A stretch of DNA of 64,000 bases, taken from Planctomycetota bacterium. GTDB taxonomy: Bacteria > Planctomycetota > PLA2 > JAEUHO01. The notes below the pieces were generated by a model. The model was given only the letters and a program-made list of their open reading frames with translations. It searched no databases and was not told where the DNA came from. Of the stretch, positions 20,504 through 30,202 are shown one piece after another. Numbering within the stretch: the stretch's first letter is position 1; every line of letters starts with the position of its first letter. The position numbers and the translations under genes were made by a program. The stretch covers positions 110,666 to 174,665 of the forward strand of contig JBFWRP010000004.1 of NCBI GenBank assembly GCA_050248855.1. Direction: 5' to 3'.

Positions 20504-21820
20504 ATGACGACCACCGTGCGCCCCACCCAGGACTACAAGGTCAAGGACATCCGCTTGGCCGCCGAGGGCCGCAAGGACATCGAGATCTCCGAGCCGGAGA
20601 TGCCGGGCCTCATGGCGCTCCGCGAGCGCTACGGCGAGAGCCAGCCCTTGAAGGGCGCACGGATCGCCGGCTGCCTCCACATGACGGTCGAGACGGCCAT
20701 CCTGATCGAGACCCTGACGGCGCTCGGCGCCGAGGTCCGCTGGTCGTCCTGCAACATCTACTCCACCGAGGACCACGCCGCGGCAGCCGTCGCGGCGGCG
20801 GGTGTCCCCGTCTTCGCCTGGAAGGGCGAGACGGAGGAGGAGTACGAGTGGTGCATCGAGCAGACGCTGCGCTGGCCCGACGGCTCGGGGCCCAACCTGA
20901 TCCTCGACGACGGCGGTGACCTCACGTGGATCGTCCACCAGCGCCACCCCGAGCTGCTCGCCGAGATCCGCGGCTTGTCCGAGGAGACCACCACGGGTGT
21001 CGCGCGTTTGTACCGCGCGCTCGAGGAGGGCACGCTCAAGGTGCCGGCGATCAACGTCAACGACTCGGTCACCAAGTCCAAGTTCGACAACCTCTACGGC
21101 TGCCGCGAGTCGCTGGCCGACGGCTTGAAGCGCGCCACCGGCGTGATGGTCGCCGGCAAGGTCGTGGTCATCGCGGGCTACGGGGACGTGGGCAAGGGCT
21201 GCGCCCAGTCCATGCGCGGCCTCGGCGCCCGCGTGCTGGTCACCGAGATCGACCCCATCTGCGCGCTGCAGGCGGCGATGGAGGGCTTCGAGGTCACGAC
21301 CATGGAAGAGGCCGCCCCCGAGGGCGACATCTTCGTGACGGCCACCGGCTGCTGCAAGGTGGTCACCGGCGAGCACATGGTCGCCATGAAGGACAACGTG
21401 ATCCTCTGCAACATCGGCCACTTCGACCACGAGATCGACGTGGCGTGGCTCGAGAAGCACCCCGAGATCCGCGAAGAGGAGATCAAGGCCCAGGTCGACC
21501 GGTTCACGCTCCCCGACGGCAAGCGCCTGATCCTGCTGGCACGCGGTCGCCTCGTGAACCTCGGCTGCGCCACCGGCCATCCCTCGTTCGTGATGTCCAA
21601 CAGCTTCTCGAACCAGGTCCTGGCCCAGATCGCCCTCTGGACCGCCAAGGAGCCCTACGCGCTCGGCGTCCACGTGCTGCCCAAGTCGCTCGACGAAGAA
21701 GTCGCACGCCTTCACCTCGGCAAGCTCGGCGTCAAGCTCACCAAGCTCACCCCCGAACAGGCCGAGTACATCGGCGTGCCCGTCGCCGGGCCCTACAAGC
21801 CCGCGCACTACAGGTACTAG
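20504..21820 (+). CDS. ahcY: Adenosylhomocysteinase
   Basis: [40 protein letters not shown]-terminus; SD AAGGAG. Confidence 0.98.
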   Translation: MTTTVRPTQDYKVKDIRLAAEGRKDIEISEPEMPGLMALRERYGESQPLKGARIAGCLHMTVETAILIETLTALGAEVRWSSCNIYSTEDHAAAAVAAAGVPVFAWKGETEEEYEWCIEQTLRWPDGSGPNLILDDGGDLTWIVHQRHPELLAEIRGLSEETTTGVARLYRALEEGTLKVPAINVNDSVTKSKFDNLYGCRESLADGLKRATGVMVAGKVVVIAGYGDVGKGCAQSMRGLGARVLVTEIDPICALQAAMEGFEVTTMEEAAPEGDIFVTATGCCKVVTGEHMVAMKDNVILCNIGHFDHEIDVAWLEKHPEIREEEIKAQVDRFTLPDGKRLILLARGRLVNLGCATGHPSFVMSNSFSNQVLAQIALWTAKEPYALGVHVLPKSLDEEVARLHLGKLGVKLTKLTPEQAEYIGVPVAGPYKPAHYRY

Positions 21821-21826
21821 GCGCGC

Positions 21827-23764
21827 TCAGAGCGCGGAGCGCGAGGGATCTTCGGAGGGGCGGGTCGCGAGCGCCGTGAGCTCGCGGCGAGCGCGGGCGG
21901 CGAGGCCGCGGGCGTCCAGGCCGAAGCGCTCGCGCCAGTCGGCGGCCTCGCCGTGCCAGACCAGCTGGTCGGGCACGCCGAGCACGCGGACGACGGCGGC
22001 GGGCGGCGTGGGGAGCGTGGCGACGTGCTCGAGCACGGCGCTGCCGAAACCCCCGGCGATGGCGTGCTCCTCGACCGTCATCACCAGGCGGTGGCTGTCG
22101 AGGAAGCGGTCGATGGCGCGCGTGTCCAGCGGGCGCGCGAAGCGGGCGTTGAACACGGCGGCCTCGATACCGACCTCGGCCAGCTCGTCGGCCGCGGCCA
22201 GGGCTTCGCGCACGAGGTTGCCGTAGGCGAGGAAGACCATGTCCTTGCCGTCGCGCAGGAGCTCGCCGCGCCCCGTGCGCAGCGGCGTGTCGTTGCCGGC
22301 GAGCGGCGCGTTGGCGTGGCCGCCGCGCGGGTAGCGGACCGCGGACGGCTTGCCGAGCGACAACGCGTGCCGCAGCATGCGCTCCAGCTCCGGCGGGTCC
22401 GCGGGCGCCATGAGGACGATGTCGGGAAACGTGCGCAGGTAGGCGATGTCGTAGAGCCCCTGGTGCGTGACACCGTCGCCGCCCACGATGCCGGCCCGGT
22501 CCATGGCAAACACGACGGGCAAGCCCTGCACGACGACTTCCTGCCAGATCTGGTCGTAGCCGCGCTGCAGGAACGTGCTGTAGATCGCCACGACGGGCTT
22601 CATGCCCGCGTCGGCCAAGCCGCCCGCCAGCGCCACGCCGTGCTGCTCGCAGATGCCCACGTCGATCACGCGCTCGGCGTGCTCGGGGGCAACCTTGTCC
22701 AGGCTGGTGCCGCTGGGCATGGCCGCGGTGATGGCGACGACGCGCGGGTCGTGGTCCATCACCGCCTTCATCGTGTGGGCGAAAACGTCCTGGTACTTGA
22801 CGACGGGCGCGACCGGCTCGCTGGAGCGCAGCGGCTGGGGCTCGCCCGCGGGACGTGGCAGCTTGGGCTCGCTCACGGCGTGCGCCGCCTCGTGGCCCTT
22901 GTCCGGAGCGCCGCGGCCCTTCTCGGTGACCACGTGGAGCAGCACGGGGCCCTTGACGCGCTTGAGGTCGTGGAGCAGCTGCTCCATGCGGTGGACGTCG
23001 TGGCCGTTCTCGGGTCCGAAGTAGGTCCAGCCCAGCTCGCGGAACAGGTGGCCGGGGCTGATGGCGTTGGCGAACGCCTCCTTGACGTTGCCCACCCAGC
23101 GGCTCAAGCGGTCGCCGAAGAAGGGCACGGAGCCCAGCGCCTCGTGCAGCTCGCCCTTGCCTTCGCGGTAGGCCGGGAGCGTGCGGATGCGATTGAGGTA
23201 CTTGCGCAGCGCCCCGACGGTGCGGCTGATCGACCACTGGTTGTCGTTGAGGATCACCAGGAGGTTGGTGTCGCCCTGGCCTACGTCGTTCAAGGCCTCG
23301 AAGGTCACGCCGCTGGCCGCGGCCGCGTCGCCCACGATGGCCACGACGCGGCGGTCGTCGATGCCGCGCAGCTTGTCGGCCAGGGCCAGGCCCGCCGCCG
23401 CCGAGACGGCCGTCCCGGCGTGGCCCGACGTGAACGTGTCGTAGGGGCTCTCGCCGCGGTGCATGAAGCCCGAGAGGCCGTCGGTGCGGCGCAAGGTGGG
23501 GAAGCGGTCGCCGCGGCCCGTGATGACCTTGTGCGGGTAGACCTGGTGGCTGGTGTCCAGCACCAGGCGGTCGGTCTTGAAGTCGAAGACCCGGTGGAGG
23601 GCCACCGTGAGCTCCACCACACCCAGGTTGCTGCCCAGGTGCCCACCCGTCGCGGTGACCGCGCGGATGAGGAACGCGCGCAGCTCGGCGCAGTAGGCCG
23701 CCACCTCGTCGGGGGCGAGGGCCTTCAAGTCCTGCGGCGAACGGACGCGATCGAAGACGGACAT
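21827..23764 (-). CDS. dxs: 1-deoxy-D-xylulose-5-phosphate synthase
   Basis: GGHLGSNLGVVEL, GD...LNDN ThDP motif, YSTFLQRGYDQ, DRAG. Confidence 0.96.
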   Translation of the reverse strand: MSVFDRVRSPQDLKALAPDEVAAYCAELRAFLIRAVTATGGHLGSNLGVVELTVALHRVFDFKTDRLVLDTSHQVYPHKVITGRGDRFPTLRRTDGLSGFMHRGESPYDTFTSGHAGTAVSAAAGLALADKLRGIDDRRVVAIVGDAAAASGVTFEALNDVGQGDTNLLVILNDNQWSISRTVGALRKYLNRIRTLPAYREGKGELHEALGSVPFFGDRLSRWVGNVKEAFANAISPGHLFRELGWTYFGPENGHDVHRMEQLLHDLKRVKGPVLLHVVTEKGRGAPDKGHEAAHAVSEPKLPRPAGEPQPLRSSEPVAPVVKYQDVFAHTMKAVMDHDPRVVAITAAMPSGTSLDKVAPEHAERVIDVGICEQHGVALAGGLADAGMKPVVAIYSTFLQRGYDQIWQEVVVQGLPVVFAMDRAGIVGGDGVTHQGLYDIAYLRTFPDIVLMAPADPPELERMLRHALSLGKPSAVRYPRGGHANAPLAGNDTPLRTGRGELLRDGKDMVFLAYGNLVREALAAADELAEVGIEAAVFNARFARPLDTRAIDRFLDSHRLVMTVEEHAIAGGFGSAVLEHVATLPTPPAAVVRVLGVPDQLVWHGEAADWRERFGLDARGLAARARRELTALATRPSEDPSRSAL

Positions 23765-23878
23765 GGTGCACGAGGATACCCGTGCGCCGACCGGGGCCCC
23801 CGCGGGGACCGCCCCGCGACCGGCCCCAGCGCCCGGACGGCCCTCGCCGCGCGGCACCCTGGACCCCAAGATGCCGTC

Positions 23879-24784
23879 GTGAGCCTACCGTCGTCCGCCT
23901 CCGCGCCCCGCGAGCTCGGGGCCTTCCTCGCGCACGCCCGGTCGCGCGTGGAGGAGCACCTCGAGCGTTGGCTGCCCAAGGGCGGAGAGGCTCCGCAGCG
24001 CCTTGCCGACGCGATGCGCTACAGCGTCGGCGCGGGCGGCAAGCGACTACGGCCCGCGTTGGCCCTCGCCGGCGCGCTGGCCGTCGGGGGACGTGAAGAG
24101 GACGCCCTGCCCTTCGCGGCGGCCGTGGAGATGCTGCACACCTACAGCCTCATCCACGACGACCTGCCCGCGATGGACGACGACGACCTGCGCCGGGGGC
24201 GTCCGACGAGCCACAAGGTCTTCGGCGAGGCGCTCGCCATCCTGGCGGGCGACGCGCTGCACACGGAGGCCTTCCGTTGCTTGCTCGACGCGCCGCTGTC
24301 CGCGGACGTCCTCGTGGCGCAAGCACGCCGACTCGCCGACGCCGCCGGCAGCAAGGGCATGGTGGGCGGCCAGGTCGACGACCTCGCGGCCGATGGCATG
24401 GCGCCGTCCCTCGAGCGTCTGCAGAGGATCCACCGCGCCAAGACCGGGGCCCTGATCGCCGCCTCGGTGGTGGGCGGCGCCCTGGCCGGCGGCGCCGACA
24501 CGGCAGCCGTCGAGGCCCTGGAGCGCTACGGCGCGGCCGTCGGCTTGGCTTTCCAGATCGCCGACGACGTGCTCGACGAGACGGCCACGGCCGAGCAGCT
24601 GGGCAAGACACCGGGCAAGGACCGTGCGGACGCCAAGATGACCTACGTCGCCCTGGCCGGTCTGGACGGAGCGCGACGGCTGGCTGCGGACGCGGTGGCC
24701 GAGGCCCTGGCGGCGCTGTCCGCCGTGGGCGACGACGAACGCCTCGCCGCGCTGGCGCGCTACGCCGTCGAGCGCCCGGCCTGA
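23879..24784 (+). CDS. ispA: Polyprenyl (farnesyl/geranylgeranyl) diphosphate synthase
   Basis: GGKRLRP, SLIHDDLPAMDDDDLRRG, FQIADDVLD. Confidence 0.93.
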   Translation: MSLPSSASAPRELGAFLAHARSRVEEHLERWLPKGGEAPQRLADAMRYSVGAGGKRLRPALALAGALAVGGREEDALPFAAAVEMLHTYSLIHDDLPAMDDDDLRRGRPTSHKVFGEALAILAGDALHTEAFRCLLDAPLSADVLVAQARRLADAAGSKGMVGGQVDDLAADGMAPSLERLQRIHRAKTGALIAASVVGGALAGGADTAAVEALERYGAAVGLAFQIADDVLDETATAEQLGKTPGKDRADAKMTYVALAGLDGARRLAADAVAEALAALSAVGDDERLAALARYAVERPA

Positions 24785-26031
24785 CGACGACGCACGCGGA
24801 AGGCGTAAGCAGCCGCGAGCAAGGCCCCCACGACACCGGCGATGCCGAACGCCTGGAGCGCCCGCGACGTGGACGTCCGCTCGGCGAGCGCTGCGAGCAG
24901 CCAGCCGCCGATCGGATAGGCCGCTCCGAACATCAGCGCCCAGATGCCCATGACCCGGCCGCGCAGGGCGTCGGGCACCGTCTCCTGGACCACCGTGTTG
25001 GCCGTGGCCATGTAGCCGACCTGGCAGAAGCCGGCGACCAGCACGGCGGCGGCGGTCAGCGCCGGCCAGCGCGAGAACGAGAGCCCGAGCACGGCGAGGC
25101 CCGTGACGAGGGCCAAGCGACCGAGGCGACGCGCGCGACCGGCGCGATCGCCCGCATGACCGGCCACCCACAGCGCGGCCAGCAGCGAGCCCACGCCCGC
25201 CATGGCCATGACGAGGCCGTAGCCCCGCTCGTCCAAGCCGAGGTCGTCCTTGATCAAGGCGGGCGCCACCGTCCGCCACGACAAGACGATCATCACGAGG
25301 GTGAACGTGCTGGCGAGGACCCGGCGCAGCACGGGCTCGTGGACGACGTAGGCGAAGCCCTCGCGCAGCTCGGACCACGCGCTACGGCGCGGGGGCGCGT
25401 CGGGATCGCGGGCCACGTGCGGCATCGTGCCGGCGATCGCGACCATCGGCACGGTGAGGGCCGCGACCACGAAGAAGCAGCCGGCGGGTCCCAGCGCGGC
25501 ATAGAGCCAGCCGGCCAGCGCAAACCCCGCGGCGTTGGTCAGGTGGAAGCCCGCGGCGTTCATGCCGATGGCGTTGGGCAAGCGCTCCAGGCCCACCACG
25601 TGGCGCACGAGCAGGTGGCGCGTCGGGTTCTCCACCCCGCGCAGGACGCCCGTCGCGATCGTCCAGGTGAGCAGCCAGGGGTAGGCCACGTGGCCCGCGA
25701 GCAGCGCCACGCCCAAGCCGACGTTGGCCACCACCACGGCGGCGTACACGACCTGCAGCAGGCGCCTCGGGTCCACCCGGTCGGCCAGCACGCCGCTGAA
25801 GGGCGAGATCACGATCCAGGGCAGCAGGCTTGCGGCGGCGATCTCGCCCAGCGCGTGCTTGGAGCCCGTCATCTCGTAGACGAGCCAGGGCAGCGCGGCG
25901 ATGCGCACCCAGAAGCCGCTCATCACGCACACCAAGCCGGCGAAGTAGCGGCGGTACGCGGGCGTGTCGAACACCTCGAGCGCGCGCCGTCGCCAGCGCG
26001 GCGGGGTGTCGGGATCGGTCGCGAGGCTCAC
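24760..26031 (-). CDS. MFS transporter
   Basis: About 12 TM; GVLADRVDPRR motif A; VPDALRGRVMG. Confidence 0.88.
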   Translation of the reverse strand: MSLATDPDTPPRWRRRALEVFDTPAYRRYFAGLVCVMSGFWVRIAALPWLVYEMTGSKHALGEIAAASLLPWIVISPFSGVLADRVDPRRLLQVVYAAVVVANVGLGVALLAGHVAYPWLLTWTIATGVLRGVENPTRHLLVRHVVGLERLPNAIGMNAAGFHLTNAAGFALAGWLYAALGPAGCFFVVAALTVPMVAIAGTMPHVARDPDAPPRRSAWSELREGFAYVVHEPVLRRVLASTFTLVMIVLSWRTVAPALIKDDLGLDERGYGLVMAMAGVGSLLAALWVAGHAGDRAGRARRLGRLALVTGLAVLGLSFSRWPALTAAAVLVAGFCQVGYMATANTVVQETVPDALRGRVMGIWALMFGAAYPIGGWLLAALAERTSTSRALQAFGIAGVVGALLAAAYAFRVRRRQAGRSTA

Positions 26032-26429
26032 GCGCCTGCGGCCGTGGCATCCAGCCGCAGGCCTTCCGGATGCTCCTTCGGATGCGCCCAGCGTCGGTCG
26101 AACACGAGGACGGCGTCCACGGCGGGGAGCTGGCGCTCGACGGTGACCGTGCCGTCGTGCTCGGGCTCGTCGGGCTTGCGGGGCCGCGCCAGCACGTTCA
26201 CGCTCCACGGGCCTTCGAGCGCGGGCTCGACCTCGACGTCGATCGTGGCCTCGAGCCCGACGTGCAGGACGCGCAGCACCAAGCGCGACGTGTTCGTGTC
26301 CACGCGCACCAACCGGCTCCCCTCGGGATCGATGTGGCGCGCGGGCAGATACGGCTGGGAGAGCATGTACCCGATGTAGATCGCAAGCCCGACGAAGAGC
26401 ACGCCCGCGAGGACGACGAGGGGCTTCAT
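26028..26429 (-). CDS. Hypothetical membrane-anchored protein
   Basis: ATG overlaps the xseB stop; N-terminal TM; stop overlaps the MFS start. Confidence 0.6.
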   Translation of the reverse strand: MKPLVVLAGVLFVGLAIYIGYMLSQPYLPARHIDPEGSRLVRVDTNTSRLVLRVLHVGLEATIDVEVEPALEGPWSVNVLARPRKPDEPEHDGTVTVERQLPAVDAVLVFDRRWAHPKEHPEGLRLDATAAGA

Positions 26430-26719
26430 TCCTCTTCCACCGCGTCCTCGAGCCCGCCCTCCCCCACCTGGAGCGGTCGCTCCACGGGACGGCCGTCCGG
26501 GCCCTGGGTCAGCTCGACGAGCCGTGCTTCGGCCTCGTCGAGCAGCGCGCGGCAGGCTTCGAGATGGGCCACGCCCTCGCGATAGCGCGCGAGGCTCTCC
26601 TCGAGGCCGAGGTCCTCGGCCTCCAAGGCGTCCACGACCTCTTCCAGCGCCGCCAGCCGCTCCTCGAACGTCGGCGTCGTGGCCTTCGGCGAAGCAGGAC
26701 GGCGTGACGGCGGCACCAT
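26426..26719 (-). CDS. xseB: Exodeoxyribonuclease VII small subunit
   Basis: TFEERLAALEEVVDALE...LEESLARYREG...L.EAE. Confidence 0.92.
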   Translation of the reverse strand: MVPPSRRPASPKATTPTFEERLAALEEVVDALEAEDLGLEESLARYREGVAHLEACRALLDEAEARLVELTQGPDGRPVERPLQVGEGGLEDAVEEE

Positions 26720-26821
26720 GCCGTGAACCTACGCCCCGCCCGGTCGTCCACCAACCGCGGGCCCGGGCATAGCCTCGGGGCCGCGGGCCCGTACGCGAGG
26801 GCCGCCGGGAGGTAGACGACC

Positions 26822-28066
26822 CTGGGCACGGTTCGGCACGTCGTGGGCGCGGGGCTCGGCGGACTCCTCGTGGCGTGGCGTGCCCGGGCGGCCGGCGAGG
26901 ACGTCGTGGTCCACGAGGCCGCCGAGCACGTGGGCGGCGAGACGCGGACCGCGGTGCGCGACGGGTGGCGCGTCGAGCACGGCGCTTGGTTCCTGCCCGG
27001 CGCCGCGCCCGCGCAGGGGCTCTCCCTGGCCGCCGCCGGGCGCCTGGGCCTGCGGCCCCTCCTTGGCCGCGTGGCGCAGGCTGGCCCACGCGGGCTGACG
27101 CCGCTCTGGACGCCCGCTCGGCGTCGGCGCGCCGCGCTCCGCGACGGGCTTGCCCCGCGCCCCCGCGCCGTGGCCTCGAGCGCCGCGAACGAGTCGCTCG
27201 AGAGCTTCGCCCGCCGCCGCTTCGGCCCCGCCACCACGGAGGACGTGGTGCGGCCCGTGGCCCAGCTGCTCACGGGCTTCGGCCCCGAGCGCGTGGGCAT
27301 CGCCGATGCCCTTCCGGCATGGCTCGCGCGCGAGGCACGGCACGGACGTGTGGGTGTGCAGACGTTCGCGGCACTCGACGGGCGGGCGCCCCTGGGCTGG
27401 ACCTCGGCAGGTGGCCTGGCGGCGCTCGTGGAGCGACTGCGAGCTGACCTCGGTGCATGCGTGCAGACGGCGTGTCGCGTCGTGGAGGTGGTGCCGGGCG
27501 GCGATCCCTCGTCCGCACGCGTGGTCGACGAAGCGGGAGCGACGAGTGCCCCGGGCACGGTCACGCTGGCGGTGCCGCACGACGAGCAGGTGCGCCTGCT
27601 GCGCCGCGCCGCGCCCGCGCTGGCCGACCAGCTGGCCGGGGAGCGGGGGGTGGACGGCGTGCGCGTGGTGATCGCGTGGACGCATGGGGAAGACGGGCCC
27701 GCAACACCTCCCTACGTGGCGGCGGTGCGCGGTCGCAGCCGCCTGCGCGTGCGCGGCGTGCTGTTTCCCGCCGCGTTGGACGTCTCCGCCGTGCCCGACA
27801 CCGGCGCTTGCGCGGTGGCCTGGCTCGGCGGGGCGCACGACCCGCACGCGGCGGGCGAGCCCGAGGGGAAGCTGGTCCGTCGCGTGCTGGCCGACCTGGC
27901 GCTGGTCCTGGGCCGGCGCGTGCGTCCGCACTTCGTCGAAGTGCAGCGCCGGGCCGGCGACGTGCGTGCCCCCTGGCCCGGACGCCGCGCGCGGCTGCTC
28001 GAGCCCTTGCGCGCTCTCGCGGGCGCCGGCGTGGAGCTGGTCGAGCGACCTGCGTGGCGCGTGTAG
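26822..28066 (+). CDS. Divergent HemY/protoporphyrinogen oxidase-like FAD protein (probable CTG start)
   Basis: VVGAGLGGL Rossmann motif, HEAAEHVGGETRT, EHGA, ESLESFARRRFG; GGAGG SD upstream of CTG 26822. Confidence 0.7.
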   Translation: MGTVRHVVGAGLGGLLVAWRARAAGEDVVVHEAAEHVGGETRTAVRDGWRVEHGAWFLPGAAPAQGLSLAAAGRLGLRPLLGRVAQAGPRGLTPLWTPARRRRAALRDGLAPRPRAVASSAANESLESFARRRFGPATTEDVVRPVAQLLTGFGPERVGIADALPAWLAREARHGRVGVQTFAALDGRAPLGWTSAGGLAALVERLRADLGACVQTACRVVEVVPGGDPSSARVVDEAGATSAPGTVTLAVPHDEQVRLLRRAAPALADQLAGERGVDGVRVVIAWTHGEDGPATPPYVAAVRGRSRLRVRGVLFPAALDVSAVPDTGACAVAWLGGAHDPHAAGEPEGKLVRRVLADLALVLGRRVRPHFVEVQRRAGDVRAPWPGRRARLLEPLRALAGAGVELVERPAWRV

Positions 28067-28076
28067 CGCGCGGCCG

Positions 28077-28913
28077 CTACGCGCGCAGGGCCTCGGCGGC
28101 GCGGGCGCCCAACGCCGCCGCCGCCGTCAACGCACCCTCCACCCGCACGCGCCGAGGGGGCGCCCCGTCGCCAGGGTCGTACCCCACGTCGAGACGCAGC
28201 ACGCCATGGGCGAGCGTGGCGCGAGCCCCGACGGCAGCTGCCGGCGTCAGCCCCAGGCGCTCCAGCACGGCACGCTCGGCCGTGACGGAGGCCGCCGTCT
28301 CGACGTCGCCGCACGACTCGACGGCCTCGGCGGCCCGGGCGTCGTCGACCCGCACGAGCAGCGCCTGGGCGCCCTGGCCCGCGCGCGGCAGGAACGCCTC
28401 GCCCGCCGGTACGGCCCGCACGGAGAGGGCCAGCCCTTCGGCCGCGTCGGCGGCCAGGAGCGCGACGTCGGCCTCGCCCTCCACGACCGCGGCGAGAGCC
28501 GCCGCGGCATCCCGATGCGTCGTGACGGCCGTCGGCGGCTGGGGCAGCGCGCGTAGCCCCGAGACGCGCCACGCGTGGTCGGTGGCGACATGCGCAGCCG
28601 CCGGGATGTCGCGATCGGACGCCTGGCTGCGCACGAACCATGCGTCCGCCGGCGGCGCACGTCGCGGCACGCAGGCCACGTGCACGCGTGCAGGAGGCGG
28701 CGCGGGCACGTCGACGAGCGGCATTACCACGACGTCCACGCGGTCCTCGGCGAGGGCCTCGATCAAGCACGTGCGACGAGCGTCGGGGCAGTGCGCGTCG
28801 GCGGGCTCGACCCAGGCGAGGCACCACGCGCCCGCCAAGCGCTCGACGACCCGCTCGGCGGCCGCCCGCGCCGCCGGCGTGGTGCAGGCCCCGAGGCGCC
28901 ACACGGCGTTCAC
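28077..28913 (-). CDS. Degenerate porphobilinogen deaminase (HemC)-like protein
   Basis: ALAEDRVDVVV.PLVDVP, FLPRAGQGA, VTAERAVLERLG..AAVGA align with HemC, but key residues are altered. Confidence 0.7.
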   Translation of the reverse strand: MNAVWRLGACTTPAARAAAERVVERLAGAWCLAWVEPADAHCPDARRTCLIEALAEDRVDVVVMPLVDVPAPPPARVHVACVPRRAPPADAWFVRSQASDRDIPAAAHVATDHAWRVSGLRALPQPPTAVTTHRDAAAALAAVVEGEADVALLAADAAEGLALSVRAVPAGEAFLPRAGQGAQALLVRVDDARAAEAVESCGDVETAASVTAERAVLERLGLTPAAAVGARATLAHGVLRLDVGYDPGDGAPPRRVRVEGALTAAAALGARAAEALRA

Positions 28914-30202
28914 GACGCCTGCTCGCCCGTTGGCGGTCGCACGACGTCGACGCGGCTCTCCACGTGGCCGCCGTCGCCGAAGCGCGTGACGAGCCGTGCG
29001 CCGGGGACGATGCCCTCGGTGGTCCGCACGAGACGCCCGCTCTCGTCCGTGACGAGCGACCAGCCGCGGGCCATGACGGCCAAGGGCGAGAGGGCCCGGA
29101 GCCGTCCCCCGAGCACGTCCAAGCGACCGCGACGCGTCGCGACCGCGCGAGGCGCCGCCGCGCCGAGCCGCCTCGACAGGTCTTCGCTTTGCTGACGCCA
29201 GCGCGCCAGGCGGTGCGCCGGTGCGGCCGCACGCAGGCGCACGGCGTCTTGGCCCAGGCGGGCACGCCAACGGGCCAGGAGCGCCCGTGGGCTCTTGAGC
29301 ACGGGACGCTCGCCCAAGGCCTCGACACGCTGCCACGCCGCATCGACGCGTGCGCGCAGGCGCCGGCCGAGTCGCTGGCCCTCGCGGTCGAGCGCGCGCA
29401 GCAGGTCCTCGCGCATCGGTGCGACCAGCTCGCCGGCATGCGACGGCGTCGCTGCCCGCACGTCGGCCACGAGGTCGGCGATCGTGACGTCGGTCTCGTG
29501 CCCGACGGCGCTCACGACCGGCACGTTGCATGCGGCGATCGCGCGCGCCACGACTTCCTCGTTGAAGCACCACAGGTCCTCGAGCGAACCTCCACCGCGC
29601 GCAAGCACGATCACGTCCGCGTTGGCCAGGGTGTCGGCCATGTGCAGGGCCAGCGCGATCTCCTGCGCGGCACCGCCGCCTTGCACGCGCGTCGGCACGA
29701 GCACGAGGCGAAGTCCCGGGTGCCGCTGGTGCAGCACGCGAACGAGGTCGCGCACGGCGGCTCCCGTACGACTGGTGACCAGGGCGACCGTGCGGGGCAG
29801 CACGGGCAAGGGCTTCTTGCGCTCGGGGGCGAAGAGGCCTTCGGCCTCCAAGCGCGCACGCAGCATCTCGAAGGCGCGTTGCAGGGCGCCCGCGCCCACG
29901 GCTTCCAGCTGGCGGACGATCAGCTGGTAGCGCCCGTGCGGCGGGTACACGTCGATGCCGCCACGGGCCAGCACCTCCAAGCCGTCCTCGGGGGCCACGC
30001 GCAGCCGGGCCGCGGCCGAGCGCCAGATGACGGCGGGCAAGACGGCACCGGCGTCCTTGAGCGTGAGGTAGACGTGCCCGCTGGCCACGCGACGTGCTTG
30101 CGAGACCTCGCCGCGCACGACCACGTCGTCGAACGTGGCCCCGAGCACGCCGCGCAGCTCGTTCGTGAGCGTGCTGACGGTGAAGGGCTCGTCAGGCGTC
30201 AC
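28910..30202 (-). CDS. xseA: Exodeoxyribonuclease VII large subunit
   Basis: SGHVYLTLKD, ARGGGSLEDLWCFN, SAVGHETD, RAATPS. Confidence 0.96.
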   Translation of the reverse strand: MTPDEPFTVSTLTNELRGVLGATFDDVVVRGEVSQARRVASGHVYLTLKDAGAVLPAVIWRSAAARLRVAPEDGLEVLARGGIDVYPPHGRYQLIVRQLEAVGAGALQRAFEMLRARLEAEGLFAPERKKPLPVLPRTVALVTSRTGAAVRDLVRVLHQRHPGLRLVLVPTRVQGGGAAQEIALALHMADTLANADVIVLARGGGSLEDLWCFNEEVVARAIAACNVPVVSAVGHETDVTIADLVADVRAATPSHAGELVAPMREDLLRALDREGQRLGRRLRARVDAAWQRVEALGERPVLKSPRALLARWRARLGQDAVRLRAAAPAHRLARWRQQSEDLSRRLGAAAPRAVATRRGRLDVLGGRLRALSPLAVMARGWSLVTDESGRLVRTTEGIVPGARLVTRFGDGGHVESRVDVVRPPTGEQAS

